From the NCBI GenBank assembly GCA_021531255.1, contig JAFBIO010000004.1: a stretch of DNA of 64,000 nucleotides; one strand, 5' to 3'. This document shows positions 62,685 through 64,000 of the stretch, one piece after another. The stretch is from Allofournierella massiliensis. GTDB lineage: Bacteria > Bacillota > Clostridia > Oscillospirales > Ruminococcaceae. Position numbers and translations under genes: made by a program. Under the pieces are notes generated by a model that made no database searches, was not told the origin of the DNA, and saw only the letters and a program-made list of their open reading frames with translations. Position 1 is the first letter of the stretch. The number at the start of each line of letters is the position of its first letter.

Positions 62685-63851
62685 TTACTGTACCAGCCAG
62701 GCCACCGGCAGATTCCGGGGCCCGTACAGGGACGAACAGACATTGATGGTCTCGCCCTGGTAGATCATTTGCGAGCTGGAGCCGCCGTCCAGATTGGCGG
62801 CATTGACGGCGCCGTAATCCTGCATCACCTTGATGCAATCCTGATAATTGGCGCCCAGGCTGTGGGGCTGCCGCCCGTCTATGGTCAGCAGAAGGACGGC
62901 GCCGTCCTCTCTCTGGCCCATAACCGTGCGGGGGTTCAGCCCGCCGCCCGAACCGGTCACATCCACCGGCTCACCGTTGATGATAAAGGCCGGGCCAAAG
63001 CTCACCGCGCCCCGCAGGCCTCGTTCCATGGCCTCGGCTCCGGTCATCTGGCCCACGTGGAGCCGGTCATTGCCGTCAAAGCCGATGACCGAATAGCTGC
63101 CGCCGGCCTGGCCCATCAGCATATCGCCATCCCGGATCACCAGGCCGATGGGCATGCCGCCGCTGCCCATGCCGTTTTCGTCGGCAAAACCGCCGGCGTT
63201 GATGCCGCCCACCGCGCCTGCTTCCTCTACAAATTCCGCCAGCTTTTTGCCCTTGCCGCTGGAAGAAAACTGATCCAGACAGGCCAGCTGGATGCGGGAA
63301 GGATCATAGACGATCATCATCTTGCCCTGATAGGTGGGGCCGTGCACATCCTCGATCTCGATGGTATCCAGGGGCTTATCTGTGGGCGGCTGGAACTCGC
63401 CCTGAGAAGTGTCGGTGGTCTCGGAGGTCTCCGCCACCGAGTTGCGCTTCACAATGGCGTCAATCTCCCCGGAGCTGAGAAAGAGCCGGGGAACAAACTT
63501 CAGGGCGCTGGTTTCCAGCATGGTATTTACAAAAAGATCCCGGGCGGTGGGGCTGGGCCCTTTGCAGAAAATCAGGCAGGCGCCCAGGGCCAAGGCCAGC
63601 AAAAAAGCCAGCAGGGTGCCCAGCAGGGCACCCACCCGGCCGGCCGTGCGGGCGGCGCCGCCGCGGGGGCGGGCTGACCGGGCTGCGGCAGGGCTGCCCG
63701 GTGCCCGGTATACGGTTTTGGGGGAAGAGACGGTCGGTCGGGCATTGTCCGGTGCCCGATAGACAGGGCGCTGGGACGAAGAGCCCTGCTTGTATGCCCC
63801 GGCCGTGGAAATGTGCCGGCGGGCAGGGGAGGGGTTCGGTTTACTTGGCAC
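62685..63851 (-). CDS. Phosphodiester glycosidase family protein (NAGPA-like, DUF2233) with N-terminal signal anchor
   Basis: GTG start 7 nt after AGGAGGA. N-terminal low-complexity region plus TM. The C-terminal domain has GGINAGGF...G...NLDGGSS motifs typical of this family. Confidence 0.7.
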   Translation of the reverse strand: MPSKPNPSPARRHISTAGAYKQGSSSQRPVYRAPDNARPTVSSPKTVYRAPGSPAAARSARPRGGAARTAGRVGALLGTLLAFLLALALGACLIFCKGPSPTARDLFVNTMLETSALKFVPRLFLSSGEIDAIVKRNSVAETSETTDTSQGEFQPPTDKPLDTIEIEDVHGPTYQGKMMIVYDPSRIQLACLDQFSSSGKGKKLAEFVEEAGAVGGINAGGFADENGMGSGGMPIGLVIRDGDMLMGQAGGSYSVIGFDGNDRLHVGQMTGAEAMERGLRGAVSFGPAFIINGEPVDVTGSGGGLNPRTVMGQREDGAVLLLTIDGRQPHSLGANYQDCIKVMQDYGAVNAANLDGGSSSQMIYQGETINVCSSLYGPRNLPVAWLVQ

Positions 63852-64000
63852 GATAGATCCTCCTGTTATCCGGTTTTTTGCGGCGTTTGCGGAAGAGGAA
63901 AAACGCCGCCAGCAAAAGAATGATCAGGCCTGCGCCCGCTGCCCAGAGCAGTGGGCCGCCCTGGCCCGAATCCGGGGGTGAAGGCTCCGGGGTCGGGGAG
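63841..64000 (-). CDS. C-terminal fragment of a membrane-anchored protein (5' end beyond window)
   Basis: Open frame to the window edge ending ...SPPDSGQGGPLLWAAGAGLIILLLAAFFLFRKRRKKPDNRRIYRAK*. Codon bias looks coding. Its stop overlaps the downstream GTG start. Confidence 0.4.
   Translation of the reverse strand, partial: SPTPEPSPPDSGQGGPLLWAAGAGLIILLLAAFFLFRKRRKKPDNRRIYRAK

Overview
This is a high-GC (about 62-65%) Firmicutes/Clostridia-type chromosomal segment, with most genes carrying AGGAGG-like ribosome-binding sites. I called 60 CDSs (two partial at the window edges and a copA-copZ readthrough fusion), two disrupted pseudogenes, three tRNAs, 16 terminator hairpins, three promoters and three operator sites.

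Recognisable housekeeping genes (none unusual):
- A complete arginine biosynthesis operon, argG-argH-argC-argJ-argB-argD-argF, with a sigma-A promoter, ARG boxes upstream, and an intrinsic terminator/attenuator hairpin between argG and argH.
- pyk, uppP, gluQ, and a csoR-copA copper efflux module with a CsoR operator.
- Aldo/keto reductases with a divergent HxlR regulator, and a LysR regulator with divergent cupin and CMD-family genes.
- Tandem AEC transporters, a MATE efflux pump, a peptidoglycan amidase, and the MYG1/GIY-YIG pair.
- tRNA-Met, tRNA-Glu and tRNA-Ser(CGA).

The standout region is a lower-GC (about 50-55%) island immediately downstream of the tRNA-Met/tRNA-Glu pair (about 1040-12210). 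It encodes a 1228-aa secreted adhesin built from Listeria-Bacteroides (Flg_new) repeats with a Cys/His-rich insert. It also encodes four paralogous TasA/camelysin-like proteins with SipW-cognate signal peptides, interleaved with two archaeal-type SipW signal peptidases. Downstream are two Sec-secreted surface proteins with non-LPXTG sorting signals (AAKTG; tandem NPDETPLTGG/NPDETPQTN) and a class B sortase. I interpret this as a candidate TasA-like fibre system that combines SipW processing with sortase-B cell-wall anchoring.

A second candidate system lies at 35026-42452. It is an operon of two GT2 polyprenyl-phosphate glycosyltransferases plus two large GT-C-type membrane proteins, one DUF2298 'YYY' and one PMT/ArnT-like. 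It sits under a SARP/BTAD regulator carrying a degenerate GGDEF-like domain.

Gene decay and oddities:
- A frameshifted nhaC.
- A metallophosphoesterase gene with a homopolymer frameshift plus an in-frame TAG.
- A copA-copZ in-frame fusion that retains an internal ribosome-binding site.
- A long GC-rich leader upstream of an SPFH (slipin) gene.
- A 540-bp purine-rich intergenic region containing near-consensus promoters.

No CRISPR arrays, IS elements, integrases or phage genes were seen.
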